61,917 nt of DNA, filler included, from Basidiobolus ranarum (GCA_040143965.1; 12 parts of 12 records of this genome joined end to end with filler, not necessarily neighbours in it), one strand, 5' to 3'. Shown: positions 10,801 to 25,700, counted from the whole stretch's first letter. Made by a program: numbers and translations. The notes: generated from the letters alone by a model not told the origin.

Positions 10801-13800
10801 ATGTGATGGGTTCAGGAGACTCCAGAGTATATTAATTTTCAACACAGTGCTCTTTTCAATTGGCTCACAGGTTTTTGCATTATTTGGGCTCAATAACAGC
10901 AACAAAACCCAATCCATGGACTCAGAGTAGTACTTCTATAATTTAGACTAGTTAGGTTATGTGATATTCCAACAATATTTCTAGGAAAACTTTAAGAGAG
11001 ACTTCTTGGTGTGATAGATCAAGTTATGCAGTATTGTTGTTTTAACCATGCGAAATCTATTCAAGCAATGACGAATCTACTTGTGGCAGGACATTTGTCA
11101 ACTGCAAGTAGGGGTTATTCTGGCTGAATTTGTTAAAGAACTTTGCCAAAATCCAAGAGCTTATTCTCAATGGGAATAGTATCATGAGTTAGCTATCTGC
11201 CAAGTGTCAGTTCTATTAAAAATTTCAGGTGTTTAGCAATTTTTTACTGTTAGTGTGCTGGTAAAGCATATTGATGTTGTGGAGTTATATATGATTAGTC
11301 AAGTATGTGCATATGGAGAGACCATATACAACAAGATTCTGGTAATTATTGATTTGCATTATGGCTCGATTACAAAGCCTAAAATATCTAAACAAAGTCA
11401 TGCATATTAATCCAAATTCCTGTAGCAGTAAACCCAGTAATTGGCCATTCGAAAATTAGTTTTTGCAAAAATTTTTGCAAATTAAAAAACACATGCCAAA
11501 TATTAGGATTGATATTTTAACATGTATGAAAACCATGCCAATACCATCAAGAAGCCACCATCTCACCATCAAAGTCTTTGGCAGAATGGAAGCCACCAAT
11601 ACTATGACAGTTTTCTGATGGTTTGCAATCCAGAAGGGTGGATCCAATCTGGATCAAATTGATTTTATTCTTGTTAGGGCTGAGGACTTGGTGGGCAAAA
11701 TTTAAGTTGACTTTGTGCATTTATTACCATTGGTAATACAAGACTTTGTGCAGCTGGTGGCTTTGTATAATGACCATCCTTGTGATCATTTTTTCTATGA
11801 AGCCTTTAGCTTTGATAGCACAAGAATATGTGTTAGTATGAGCAGGGCTGCTTTAAACATTTCTGTTGCAGAATGAGATGGATATTGTAGAAAAAAGAAC
11901 ACCTCCTGTGTAAGGGTAGTATCTTGGATATATTCCATTAATATTGTCAGCTGATTCTGAAACAGTGTCACAGATGAGTCATCAGCTGATTTACAAGATA
12001 TTTCCGGTATTGGGTGGCAATTTTGGTTTATTATAAGCTATTTCTAAGCAATGTCATTACATCATGTTTACCATCTGAAAGTCTCACTGCCATTCAAAAA
12101 GTCTTCAAAAGCTAAATCAAAATTGGCCTTCAAGCAAAAGCCTGCTGGCACAAAAGGAAAAAACCTGCAAGAACAGATAACTTAATTGATAAGCTGTCTA
12201 GCCATCCACTATCCACTTTGGAAGACATTGACATGGGCAAAACTAAATTAATGCTGAAGCTTTAATCAATTTACCAGATGTGTTTCTTTCCAATAATAGG
12301 GCAAGTGAAGAGATTACAAACCCCTAATTACATAGTCAATCAACAGTTGAGTAAAGTTCAACAGAAACACCATCAAAACCATCAACTTCCAAAATGCTTA
12401 CTTTGCCAACTATGGAACACCCCTCTGTAGACATTTTGGATATAGTTACTACAACAAGAGAATCTGAGGCAGAATACCATAATGAATTGTATGCAATCAT
12501 CAGTAAAAGCAACAAAGTTGCTATACAGGCCATTCAAAGCAATAATGCCTCAATATTGCATTTAATGCTGCATTCTGAAGCAACAGGGCAACATTTAGAA
12601 AGTCATTCAACAATAATATAGGACCTTCAGAATGCTGTACTTGAGCTACAGCAATATGCTGCCCCCTCTATTCATTCTCATATTGGATTCCATCAATCCC
12701 ACACCATACATATGAATGTCACTGTTTCAATTGAGCAGAGCAAAATATGTGTCAGACCATTAAGCATACATAACAACCCAAAAGACTTTGAATGTCACAG
12801 ATGCTGGCACTTACTCTGATGATGAGTGGTTAAACATTTTGGAAACTTTGCAATTCTTGCCCAAAATCATCTTGATTTGAGCAAATTGTGAAAAAACCAA
12901 GAACCAGGCTTTACTCCAAAGGTTCTTGACTATTTTGATGTGGTTTAACCTGAGTTTTTATAAGCAAATGACAATTGGGCTTATATAGGCCTATTAATGA
13001 AACATCTCAAAAATGTATTGCATTATTGACTTGGAAAAGAAAGAAAAGAAGCTAAAAAAGTACTCTAGAACATAACTTGCATATAAGGTAACCTGGATGA
13101 ACTAGCACAAGATTGCTGAGAAAGGATGGTACAGCAGGTGTGATGTCCTAATCTAATAATATAAGAGTTCCATTTGCAATGGATGAATATGTCAAGATCA
13201 GAATTATGTCAACTACAAGGATGTATAAAAATGGTATAAGTGCTTGAGGAGTGTGTTCAAAAGTATCAATGGAAAAAAACAGTGCATTTATTTGGAAAGT
13301 AGCTCTAGTGGAAAATTCAACTTGACAGTAAGTCTGGTGTTGACCATGCAGATATCTGGGAAGAACTTAATACAGTATGTCACAGTATTGCAGGGTATCT
13401 CCCAGAAAGCTGGAAGAATGTTGATTCAGCAATGTTAATACAATGGTAGGATTTGATGGAGATATTGATACAAACTCATGTTGGATAAGAGCTAAACTCT
13501 GGGTATAAAGAACTCTATGAAAAACTTCAGAACTATATTTCAAAGACAACAGGGATTTGAAGGTGACAAATTTGCATTCAAGTGGTAAATGTGTACAATT
13601 TGAGTTATGTTTTTGCACATGTGTTGATCCATAGTTGTCTGAGATTGTAGCCAATTATGAGCAACTATTTTGTAAGAACTTGAAATTTCACTGCTGAAAC
13701 TCAAAAAATTGATTAAAATCAAATATTACTTGATAATTTTATTACAGTAAGTAAATGGTCAATCAAAAATGCATTAAATTGGGACAGTTTTCTGACACTA

Positions 13801-15039
13801 GCAATTGACAAATCTCTGTTATGGTCACTGATATTTTTGCTCAAGATCTCCTGGTCACTTTGAAAGCTTCTGCTAGCACTGATGGATGAGTTTTGACAAC
13901 TTTAAAGCAAGGTGTATATTGAAATTCAGGTGATGAAAGTACATATCATTGTGTGTTTTGATACTACACATATACTGTAGTTACTTTATGGTGTAGGTAG
14001 TAACCATAAATGCGATTTTTTAGGGTATTGTGAGTTGGCTAAAGGGCTTAGTTGCTATGGCCAAACAGCTCTGGGATGTTTTAAGATACAGGTCTGTCCA
14101 TTACTGGTTTGTTCTTTATGAAAAAGAAATTAAGCTTCTTGAAATGTATAAGGACTGATAGATCAAAATGCAATGTCCAACCTTTTGTTGAATAATACAT
14201 TGATGCCAGACAAAATGATATATTGGCTGCAATTTTCTTGGACAAAGATCACATGAAAAAAAGTATTAATGATAGACAACTCTAACTCACCAGGAGAGTG
14301 TTAAACAAGGACGCACTAGTAATGACTTATCCAACAATTGTAAATAGTTCATGCCAATGCAGACAAGGAGGAGAAAAACATTCAAAATATTGGAGACATA
14401 ATACCTTCCGGGCAATACTTCCTTTAGCCAGTCAAGTTGTTTCAAGTCACACAATAACTCTCTCTAGTAGCCTGTCTTGAGCTTTGTTTCTAAGGGTTTC
14501 ATAAGAAGTGAAGAAAATAAGAGTAGATCACAAGCAGTATCTGTATGTGTAAAATAAAGATGATACTGATTCAAGAGATATGTTGTCTATTTATACTTTC
14601 TCAAAATTAAATTGTTTACTAACAAGAGTTTCTGGAAAACTCTAGAGAAATCTATTGATGTCAATGTATGTATATTATATAATCATCTATCATTTGACCA
14701 GTGATCCAGGACATGTTCTGGAAATTTTAAAATAATATCAGAGAGCTTTGGAATATTTCATTATAATTGAATACTGATTGGTCAAGATCTATTCATTCAT
14801 CATCATGTAGTCTTTGATTGTAGAAATGTTTGGAAAACAACAATGTATATATGAGACTTGTTCCATTTTATTGAGCCAGATCAGGCTGGCTAAGAAGTGT
14901 GCTAGCACAAATTGGCATGATTGGGCACTATCCAGCATAATATTATTTACCATGTTGGAAACAGTATATTTAACTTATGTGATATATTTAGGAAAAGTAC
15001 TTTAAGATATTATTGCACATTCAAAAGATGATGAAAGCT
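10801..15039. mobile_element. CpG-depleted decayed transposon DNA (probable CACTA body and second-ORF remnants)
   Basis: Very few CG dinucleotides; stop-riddled protein-like frames; second copy of the 110-bp repeat; remnant at ~12810-13030 resembles one at ~31200-31440. Confidence 0.55.
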
Positions 15040-15437
15040 TTATTCATAGTGTCTTAAGTCTAGAGCTCTTAATGCATATCTTTGAGTATGAATGTATTGA
15101 GAATTAATCAAGATTTTGACTACTTTGCCTATTGTTGATTGAGGACCACAAAAGGATTTTCCTCTATACTTTCCTGCTACAATGTTATATCTCTTTAGGA
15201 AACCAAAGCTACATTCTACTCTTGCTCTAAAATGGGAAAAAATTACATTATAAAGCTTTTGCCTTCCTGTGAGTATCCCTCCTCTGGGCCTCTTGTAAGC
15301 TGTGACACATCCTAGCCTTCTGCATTCCTCCCCAACATATGCCAAATCAGCCATAGTCTTCTCATATTGTAAAAATGGCACATGCCTCTCAACCCAAAGC
15401 CTTTTGTCATAGTGTCTCCTTGGATGTGGCCTACTAA
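15040..15437 (-). mobile_element. PIF/Harbinger (ISL2EU/IS5-like, DDE_Tnp_4) transposase, C-terminal part
   Basis: HYD...MADLAYVG...AYKRPRGGILTGRQKLYN...SHFRARVECSFGFLKRY fits the D..Y / R..VE..FG.LK catalytic region; open to the contig end. Confidence 0.82.
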
Positions 15438-15537
15438 NNNNNNNNNNNNNNNNNNNNNNNNNNNNNNNNNNNNNNNNNNNNTTAATTAATTAANNNNNNN
15501 NNNNNNNNNNNNNNNNNNNNNNNNNNNNNNNNNNNNN

Positions 15538-17149
15538 ATAAACGTAATCAGGATTGGTCTCAAAGAATTAAGTTTTCAGCGAACGAGCGCGTTCAACATA
15601 ATCTAATTTTCGTGAATCCTCCATCTTTGCCCACTCATCTCCCAAAATTTTACTCTGAGCGGCAGTTGTCATGGTAGGATCAGTCTCCTGTAGTTGGGGT
15701 CTACGTTGACTTGCATAAATTAAGAATGCGTTCATCGGTCGTTTTAGTTTCTGACCGGGTGGTGTTAAGTTAGATGGAATGGGTTTGGAGTTCTTGGATT
15801 TTTCTTTGGATGCTTTTGTTTTTACAGACGTGCTTGGTGTTCTGTCTTTGAATTGGGTGGTGGTGGAGGAGGAGGAGGATGGCAACATCTCATCCTGTAT
15901 TTTTTCTGATTCTTGATACTCTGGTGACATGGAAATCTGGCCTGGTGTGATGGTCCCATTTCCAGGAAACGGGGATGTAGAGTATGCGGAATGCTGGACA
16001 GAAGCTAATGGCTGAGAGTACTTCTGTGGCTCTATTTCTTGATGGCCATTGTGCTTTAGGCTATGGTTGACTACTCCATGATTAGTAGGTTGAATTATCT
16101 CCTGGATCAGATTGGAATTGTTGCCATTTGTACTAGTACCTAATTGAATTGCATTTCCAAAATACCAGGTTAGGTTTCACCACAGGGATAATATTAAGAG
16201 TGAAGGAAGTCGACAAACCTGGTTGGCAACGGTGGTTATAATTATGATCCACTTGTAAATGGCTCTCATTGGAAATACTATTTGGGTTATCTACAAGGTT
16301 GTGGGTGTTTCCATTGCTATTCCCATTACCATTACCATTACGACTATTATATTGAAATTCCGGGTTGACTCTTGGCTTCAATTCTAGGTTAGCCTAATCA
16401 ACTTGAATAAATAGAGATTCTTAGATAGGAATTGAAAAGTCTCTCCTACGTTGGTATTATCTACAAATGGATTGAGTGCGTTCCGACCGAACGTGTCCAG
16501 TCCGTTTAGTTGCGTAGTATATCCTTGATTAGGATAATTCATTTCACTAGTCAAATTCAAGGGATCCATTCCACCCATTATCCCAGGCCCGCCAGGGTAC
16601 CGCCGAATGAAGGAGGTTTCCGTTGTAGCGGGTGACATATGTGCTACAGACATTCCCGGTGATTGATTGTTGGAGGGAGTAGTCATTGATTGGTAATTAG
16701 GAAATGCTTGTTGAGAGACGGATGCTATGGAACCATAATAACCCCACCATATCAGTAATTTACACCATTGAAAATCTTCTATCTATTAACAAACCTAAAG
16801 GCGCTTGGTTAAAATATGGGAGTTGTGGGTCACCGTTATTCAACATTCGCAGCGATTGGGAAGAATAAGCTGTGGAAGAGGGGGGTATGGAGGATAACCC
16901 GTTATGTCCTTCATTCTGTAAAAGAGAATTTTGTAGGTTCGATGAGGATACATCTGTGTCCACTTGTTGAAACAGGGAACCATTCTCTTTCCAAGTAGCT
17001 GTGGGATTTAGATAATTTCTATTGTCAAAACCAGAGGGGTCAAACTGTCGAGTATTATACGTATCCAAAGGTGAATAGGTACTAATAGGGTTTAAGCCTT
17101 GTCCCAGACTTTGGTTTAAGCCCTGGTTTTGTCTGCGGTCCGGAAACAT
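15538..17149 (-). CDS. Sequence-specific (MATA/SOX-type) HMG-box transcription factor, 4 exons, 3'-truncated, with an in-frame TAA at 15568-15570
   Basis: Introns 16725-16794, 16394-16449 and 16140-16218 join the four ORFs in frame; KLKRPMNAFLIYASQRR...SKILGDEWAKM...YVERARSLKT*FFETNPDYVY. Confidence 0.82.
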
Positions 17150-19486
17150 CAGGTTATTTCCCTGAAGGTGTTGGTTTGGGTGAAATGTCAAATATTTAGC
17201 TGGGTGGAGCTAGGTTCTACTTCTTGTTCACCAAACCAGGAACAATGCGTTGAATATCTAAACTATTAGCCAATGGTGTGGTTCTAAGCCCTATTTAGTA
17301 AGAGAAGATAGAAAAATATGGTTAGCTTTAAGTAGTAGTGTATAGGTGGTTTGTCCGAAGCAACGAAATGCAGTGGCCATTCGCGCCCTGAATTAACCAA
17401 AGTTCAAAGAACCATGGTGTATGCATGGTGGTGCCAAGTAAAACGTGGTAGCAAAAGGATAAAATAGAATAGAATATCTCACAATAGAAACAATAATAAG
17501 AGAAAAAACTTACTTTAGAAGATAAGTATGTTGAAAGGTTGAAATAGAATAAATCAGGTGCACAAGATAGGCCAGTATAAATGACTAGTTTTAAAGCCAA
17601 AGGCAATATTTCTCTATGTAGATCTATATTCAGCAGTATATATATGAAAAATATAGAGATTCGACTATTTCAAATGTCAGAGCTACTTCAAGGATTGAGA
17701 GATTATATTGTAGGAAGAGATATTGCTATCAAACCTAATAACTAATTCTGGGCGATGAGTCGCCAATATAAGTCATTCCCACTGGGATCCGTCCCAAATT
17801 AGAAGATCAACGTGATTATACTTTCTCTCTTTCTACCCCAAAAGGGGGGTATTTTCGTAGCATTTATTTATGAAGATCACCCGGTTTGTAGTAGCATTGA
17901 TATCAATGCATCTTCTCACTGATCAATGCTGAACGAAACAGCATACCATTGACTCAATGAAGGTTCCAGCGATAAAATAGGAAGCATACAATGGACCAAG
18001 TGAAGTGATTTAGCCCAATCAACAAGGCGAGGAGGGGAGAGGGGGAGGAAATCCGATGATATAGGGGACAGATGGATCCATCTACTGGCGCACATATGTA
18101 CACATATATAGCGGCATTACTTCGACTACGGATGGCTACGGGCGTATGATCTCTACGAATGGAAATAAATACAGGTATCCGTCCTAGCGAAGTTGGGAAT
18201 CCTCCGGCCCTCAAGAAGCCTACTTAATCGACATAAGCTTACATCACTCTAGACAGGCGAGAGGTCAGAAGGACAGTCATATGAGTAGAGTTAAGCTAAG
18301 CGTAAATAGCGCAATGCCGATTATGGTAAGAGTGTGCTAAACCAGTTTCAATGGGTTCTGTTGGGTGAAATTGCGATGATCTGGATCGCTTGAGTCCAGG
18401 AGGAGGATCCTTAGGACAACGAAAGTAGCTTTTCTCACAACAAATGCCCCTGTCTTGATCCTTAGGCGCAATGGTGCTTTTTCAAGCGTCTGCTCCATTT
18501 CTAGATTCCAACAGGCCTTAGCTTGATCCATTTTGCATTGTTGGTATTTCAAGCCAGGGCCTTCAGAATCTAGATTTCACTCTTTTGGATGGCTGATAAT
18601 GTGTGGATCGTTCAGCATTGAGCGTAGTGCCACATCTGATCAGCAAATATATTGAAGCGGTGTTCCATTGCCACCCCGTTGGTCTATTTTGTTCCAGTTC
18701 CCGAAAATATTAGCAACGTTGGAACGTTTTATGTTTATTGATGACAGCTTGATGATCAGGTATGTTATTATGTCTACATAGATGGTGATGTGCGCCATAT
18801 GAGACATGCTTGGTCCAATCCTTAGGGTGATTCGAGTTTGCATTGATCGCTCTTAGGCCTATTATGATGCAATGTTGCCAACGTCAATTGAATTAGTGGA
18901 TGACACCGCAGGATGGCTTAGCTAACGGTCTTGGCAACCACACCCAGCTAATCTATATACCGTAGCCATTGTTGTGTGGGGCCTCTAGGGCAAAATATTA
19001 ACCACTCGAATACTGAAAGTGGTGGACTTTACCGAGCAGTGATGACCAGTATTCTATAGAAACATGATACCTATTTTGTAGTGATTACGCACAAGGCATT
19101 AAAGAGGTCAGGGCGCTTTCATTCACTCGGTGGTATTTGAGAACAATAATAGGAGGGGAACCAGTCTAATACTCAAATACTCGTCTCGGTATGTGAGAAC
19201 TAGAAATTCAGTATACTTTAAGGTCTCCTTTAATAAACAATCCCTCATTCTTTTAGTTTACAAACTCGAGTGCTGCCTCACCCGGGACACTCTTGAAAAA
19301 AATGGTGGCTAAGGAAGTGTTATACTTGGGCTTTCTAATAGCAAGGCAAAAAGGATGTGTTGGACTATAAAATCAATGGGTATTGCTTTACGGACAAATA
19401 CGAGTGTCACTAAATAATCTACTAATGTAGTATATATGGAAATAACTAGATGTGGACAGGAATGATGCTTCCATTTAGCATTCCAA

Positions 19487-20613
<1,127 letters not shown>

Positions 20614-22507
20614 NNNNNNNNNNNNNNNNNNNNNNNNNNNNNNNNNNNNNNNNNNNNTTAATTAATTAANNNNNNNNNNNNNNNNNNNNNNNNNNNNNNN
20701 NNNNNNNNNNNNNCAAGATCAAAGGACGTTGATACCAGCATATTCTTTTGTCAAGGCGCCAATCATTTCTTCAACAGAAAGTTGGACATTGCATTGTGAT
20801 TATCATTTAGTCGGATAAGGTAGAGTCCTTTTCCATTCATAAAATTCAATTTATATTCTATAGCTTTATCTTTCTACGAAACTGGTGCTAATCTATATTT
20901 ATGATATTATAGTTCCTAGCCTTTGAGGACAGATGCTGATACGTATCATGCACAAAATAAAATTTACAAATAACACAATAATAGCCATAACAAGGAGGTA
21001 CCTAGGCAGATGCGCACATAAGGCAATATTTTCTCTCCAAAGGTATGTTTCAGTAGCTTGGTCTATTTCGATGCAAGTATAATTACTTACCTGAAAGGTC
21101 AGTAAATTTATTTCTGCATAAAATAAATAACATTCACAATATCTAGTGAAGGACGTACCAATCCGCGACTGCAGAGCATTGGATTGATTTGAGAGCTCAT
21201 GTTTAGACTTGGAACCCAATTACGTTCTAATACATCACATCAAATTTCTAGTATGTCTACTGTCTTGATTACACTATCGAAAGGTGGAAAAAGTTGGTAC
21301 TTTGAGGGATTTCTCAAGCCAATGCAGCTAGTATATATCTGGTGCCTATCACTTTCCAACAACTTTCAATTCGAAGCTTCCATCATATATATAATATAAG
21401 CAATTATATCCATCACTAACTCATTAATTTGTTAAGATTTTTGTATGAAACAGACTCACTTTTTTCATCTATCAAATGAAACCCCTGAGGCGGGAACAAA
21501 GCCATTTTCTTCACAATAAATATGCAAGCATTGGTAGAATCTCTGCTAAATAGAAGATAAGCGGGGAATAAGCATCCCACAGCATAATGGATTAATGGGA
21601 GTAACCGGTAAAATAATGACAGAAAGGTCGTACTTATATCCAGCGCATTCAAGAACCCTTAACTATATTACTTTTTAATCAGGAAGTAGACAATAGCTAA
21701 GCACTGGGATGAACTCGGTCACAGGTGATAATAATTGATCGAAATCATCCACGTATTTTTATGGCTCAAACATGAATCTAATTATATGTTACAGAGGTAT
21801 GTGGGCAGCGAGTGGTTGTATCGCTTTATTAGACTAGCTAAAGATCACCTCAAACCACCTGAAGTGTATATAGTTTCATTGGTATACAAAAGTATGGTTA
21901 TACTTTTGAAACGGTATAACATGGGGCTATCAGGGAGCGTTTAGTTGGAGGACAAGTAAATGTGTACCAATGCGGCGTACAATACGCTATTCTGGATTTC
22001 ACTTGTAACAAATACGTTGTTACCCTAATGGATTATGGATGGTTAATGACTAATGAAAAGTAATGCCTTTACTCACAAAACGCATGTGGATCCAGCTTTT
22101 GGGTAACATATGCGTACCAGGGTAGGATGCTGTACTTACTTGTACTTCAAAGAGACTGCGAAAAGAAATGGAAAATTGCTGCATTATATTCAAACAATGC
22201 AATATTGATCTTGAAGCACTAAACATATCATATCTGTAGTAATGTAATTATACCTGTCTATCTGCTACAAACGAGATTCCATTGATTTCACAACATTATT
22301 AATCTCAATTGAGGATTGTGCCATGTCAGACGTACATTAATAAAATTTCTATTTCTAAATAACTTTACAACGGTTTGAGCTCCACGTGAATTGCTACAAT
22401 CCGGCTACCAAGTCCGTAAGCTCCAAATATAAATATTCTTAGTCGACCATTTGCGATATTCACTTATTATCCCTCTGCACGCACACTTCCTCTCTCAACC
22501 TTGTAAT

Positions 22508-22711
22508 ATGCCACACATATTTCCCGCCACAGCTGAACGCACCCAAAGCCTGGACTCTTATACAATTTCCAAGGCCTTTGAGCCCGCACCAAAATTAATT
22601 CGGAAATTTGGCACTCATCCTGCATTTCAAACTAAACTGCACTTCAGCAAGTCGATAGAAAAATTTTCTAAGGGTTTACTTCCAATATTTGAAGACCCTC
22701 ACGAAGAATAA
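22508..22711 (+). CDS. Possible small orphan protein (67 aa)
   Basis: ATG-started ORF about 80 nt downstream of a TATAAAT; no homology recognised. Confidence 0.25.
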   Translation: MPHIFPATAERTQSLDSYTISKAFEPAPKLIRKFGTHPAFQTKLHFSKSIEKFSKGLLPIFEDPHEE

Positions 22712-25700
22712 GTCGGTTGATTCACCCCTTGTCCAGTCGATAATCAAATCATCATTCATTCACCGACCTTTCAAAGTGTTTCCATACGACATGCTATAAG
22801 GTTAGAAACACATGAGCATAAAGTTGTCACTTAATCTACTTGACCTGCAAACTCCTATGAACCGGATGACAATGCTTTTAAGTGAAGCTGAACGTCATAG
22901 CTAGAAATTTCTACTAAATAAAGCCATGCCAAGTGAAACGAATTATACTGGAGGATTGTTGTAGTCAACCTCCCTTCTACCAGCATCATCACTAATAGGC
23001 ACCATGATGATCTATTCCCTTCTAAGGGCTTTGGTCAGCATGTCTAAGCGTACTCATATATATCATTTTGTACTCCGGCATGGAATGGCTTTTTAGCGAT
23101 AAGACCAGAGTTCAACATTTTAAGGAGTCCTCATTATTTCTCTCGACAAATAATTTGATTTATTGATGCAGAAATCTGTGTACTGTTGGTAAAATGCTAA
23201 AAGTATGATTCAGGCAGTTATACAAGTTGATGGTTGATTTGCCAATATGAACTTGATTAATCTGGAATCTTTGCTCTATATAGAGTCAAAGTCTATCAAA
23301 TGAATACAATGTTGAATTCATGCATTGATTGTAGCCCCCATTCATCTCGCCAAATTGAAACAAATAAATTATCACAATATCAGCAGATTACGTGTGGATG
23401 ATCTGCAATGACTTTTGACATTTGTTCTGAATTCTGGTCGTTGAAATATAACAATGAATTCTTTTGCAATCGCACAATCCGATGTTTTTCTTCAATACCT
23501 CCAAGGCACCGACAATCGACATCGCTAAAAAGTTATCAAAGGAGACGTATCCAACTTCGATTGGTGCCAATTTTGCATGGTAGCCAATGCACGAGTTTGG
23601 GATCACAATCTATTCCAGAAGCAATAGAAGAAAGTAGTGAATCGTTCGCTCATGTCAGAAGTTAGCGCACACTGCGGCGCTCACCTGCCTATAAAGATGA
23701 TACTCTATGAGCTGCTTGCTGTAGGCTACGGCGGCTTGGACAGTTTGCCAAACCACCCCAAACTTCATAATCTCACCACTTTTACTTCTTCCTAGGAAAG
23801 GACTTGGAGCCAATCTGTACATACTCTTTCATTAAAGTGGCTAATAGAAATCTAAAAGCTTGAGGTAACCACTCCGATTCAGATTTGACATTCTTTCCTC
23901 CCCCTCCCCATGTTAACTGCAATAGTTTGGGTCAGTTTTAAAACTCTCACTTATGACTTGTATAACTGGTTTACAACAGCACCTTACAGCCTTGGTTCTC
24001 TACGTCCGCTCTTGCCAGAATCTTGATTACTCATCGTGATATCCAGACTAAGCAAATAATTTACCCATATCTAGATACAGTGAGAAGTGATTTACCAATT
24101 GCTTAATGTTCCAAAACCTACAAAATGATATCATATCAGAGTTCACGCCAAAGCATGCTCATGCTCCCAAGTGAGAATTCAGAATTTTGAAATTGGATCA
24201 CTTCAGTAGCCGAATCAGCTGAATATTAGATCAGTAGCCCTAACCCTAAGTCTGTGATCGATATCTGCACTCCAAAACCTAATCTATGAATTTAATGGTT
24301 TCAGTTTGGCGTGATCGGAGGATAATATGATCCTGTGAAAAGATCGGGTTGCCTATTGTGTATTGAGGCTTCTTAAGAAAAATGCTAGCAATGATCGCTT
24401 CCAACTCCCAGTTATCATCTCAATTTCATGCTAAGTACTGCAAAAGCACTGCAGCTGACCGTATGATGTCATAGAGATGTATACGGGGATGGCTCTGCGC
24501 CATATCCAGAAAAGGGGAGACCCTGTGCTACCTGAGACACAAATCTTAGAATTTTCAAGTGGATGCTAATGTGATAGGACCAGTGAAGAGGATACAAAGG
24601 TTAGGCTGACTTCTAAACTTATTGGTCCGCTTATTAAGATACTCAAGATCTCTCTGACGCAAATCAAGTTTGTGTTATATGGCAAAAGTAGAGACAAATA
24701 ATATGCGATCATAGCTTATTACTCATTATTGTATCTGAATACGGTATCGAGGTGACATTCTTTTGAACCACCTCCGATAACGAATGTCATACGATCAATC
24801 CAGCTTATCAAACCTTTCTCTCTCCAGTTCTTTGCACTCATACTGATTCAAGTACCAAGGCCCAAGTGCTACATTTCCTCTCCGCTTTGATTCCGTATCA
24901 TTCTTCTCTTGTGTACCGCAAGCTTAATTGCTAGACCTAGCAGTCACATCAAAAGGTTTCTCGGATATAGGAGGGAACTTGCCAACATCATGTGGATATC
25001 AATCAGGCTCACCCTTCTTGTATGACCTCAAATGCTACTTAAACGTATTGGGCTCTCTAGTAACTCTATCGACGTCATAGTTGCAATTCCCATTTTTAGT
25101 CGTCCATACATCTCAACATCATCATCTTCTCCCAGATGGTATTTGCTCTCTTTTTGGACAATATACAAGATGAAAGACTGCCAAGGTCCTTGCGTACGCT
25201 GAGTTGATGGTTTATCTATCAGCAGATGTATACTCCGCATCCACTTGTGCAGTAGCTACTTCGTTTTTCTAGTACGAGATCGGCCAAATGAACACCAGGC
25301 TTGTCAATACAAAGTTAGATGCAGCATGAAGGAGATCCAAGCAAGATAATTGGATATTCTTCCTTCCCCACCATCTTGATCTATAGCGTGAGCATTTGCA
25401 TTGCCAATGGTGTTCCTCCAATCAATCGAAATAGGGATTTTGACTATGCCCAGATACCTTCAAATTAAGATGAATGGAGTGAACGCAATACATCTTATTT
25501 CAGATAAATGAAATCCTGGAATATTACGATAATTTAATTGTTGAACTTCAAGAAAACTGTACGATAGCCTCTGATCACCTCAAACGCCACAAGGAATTGG
25601 ATCCCTCGTGGAATACGCTCGTTAGGAACCATCCTTTTACTTGATGGAGATGCGATTAAGGTCAACCAACCGTTGAGCAACACAAACCCGAACATCAACG

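Noticed and set aside
15931-17191. Fragmented ORFs upstream of the HMG box as frameshifts
   Set aside because: Three canonical GT..AG introns join them in frame.
25220-25300. Minus-strand LVLEKR-SSYCTSGCGVYIC* resembling a Kex2-processed Cys-rich peptide
   Set aside because: There is an in-frame stop upstream and I could not build a signal-peptide exon; likely chance.
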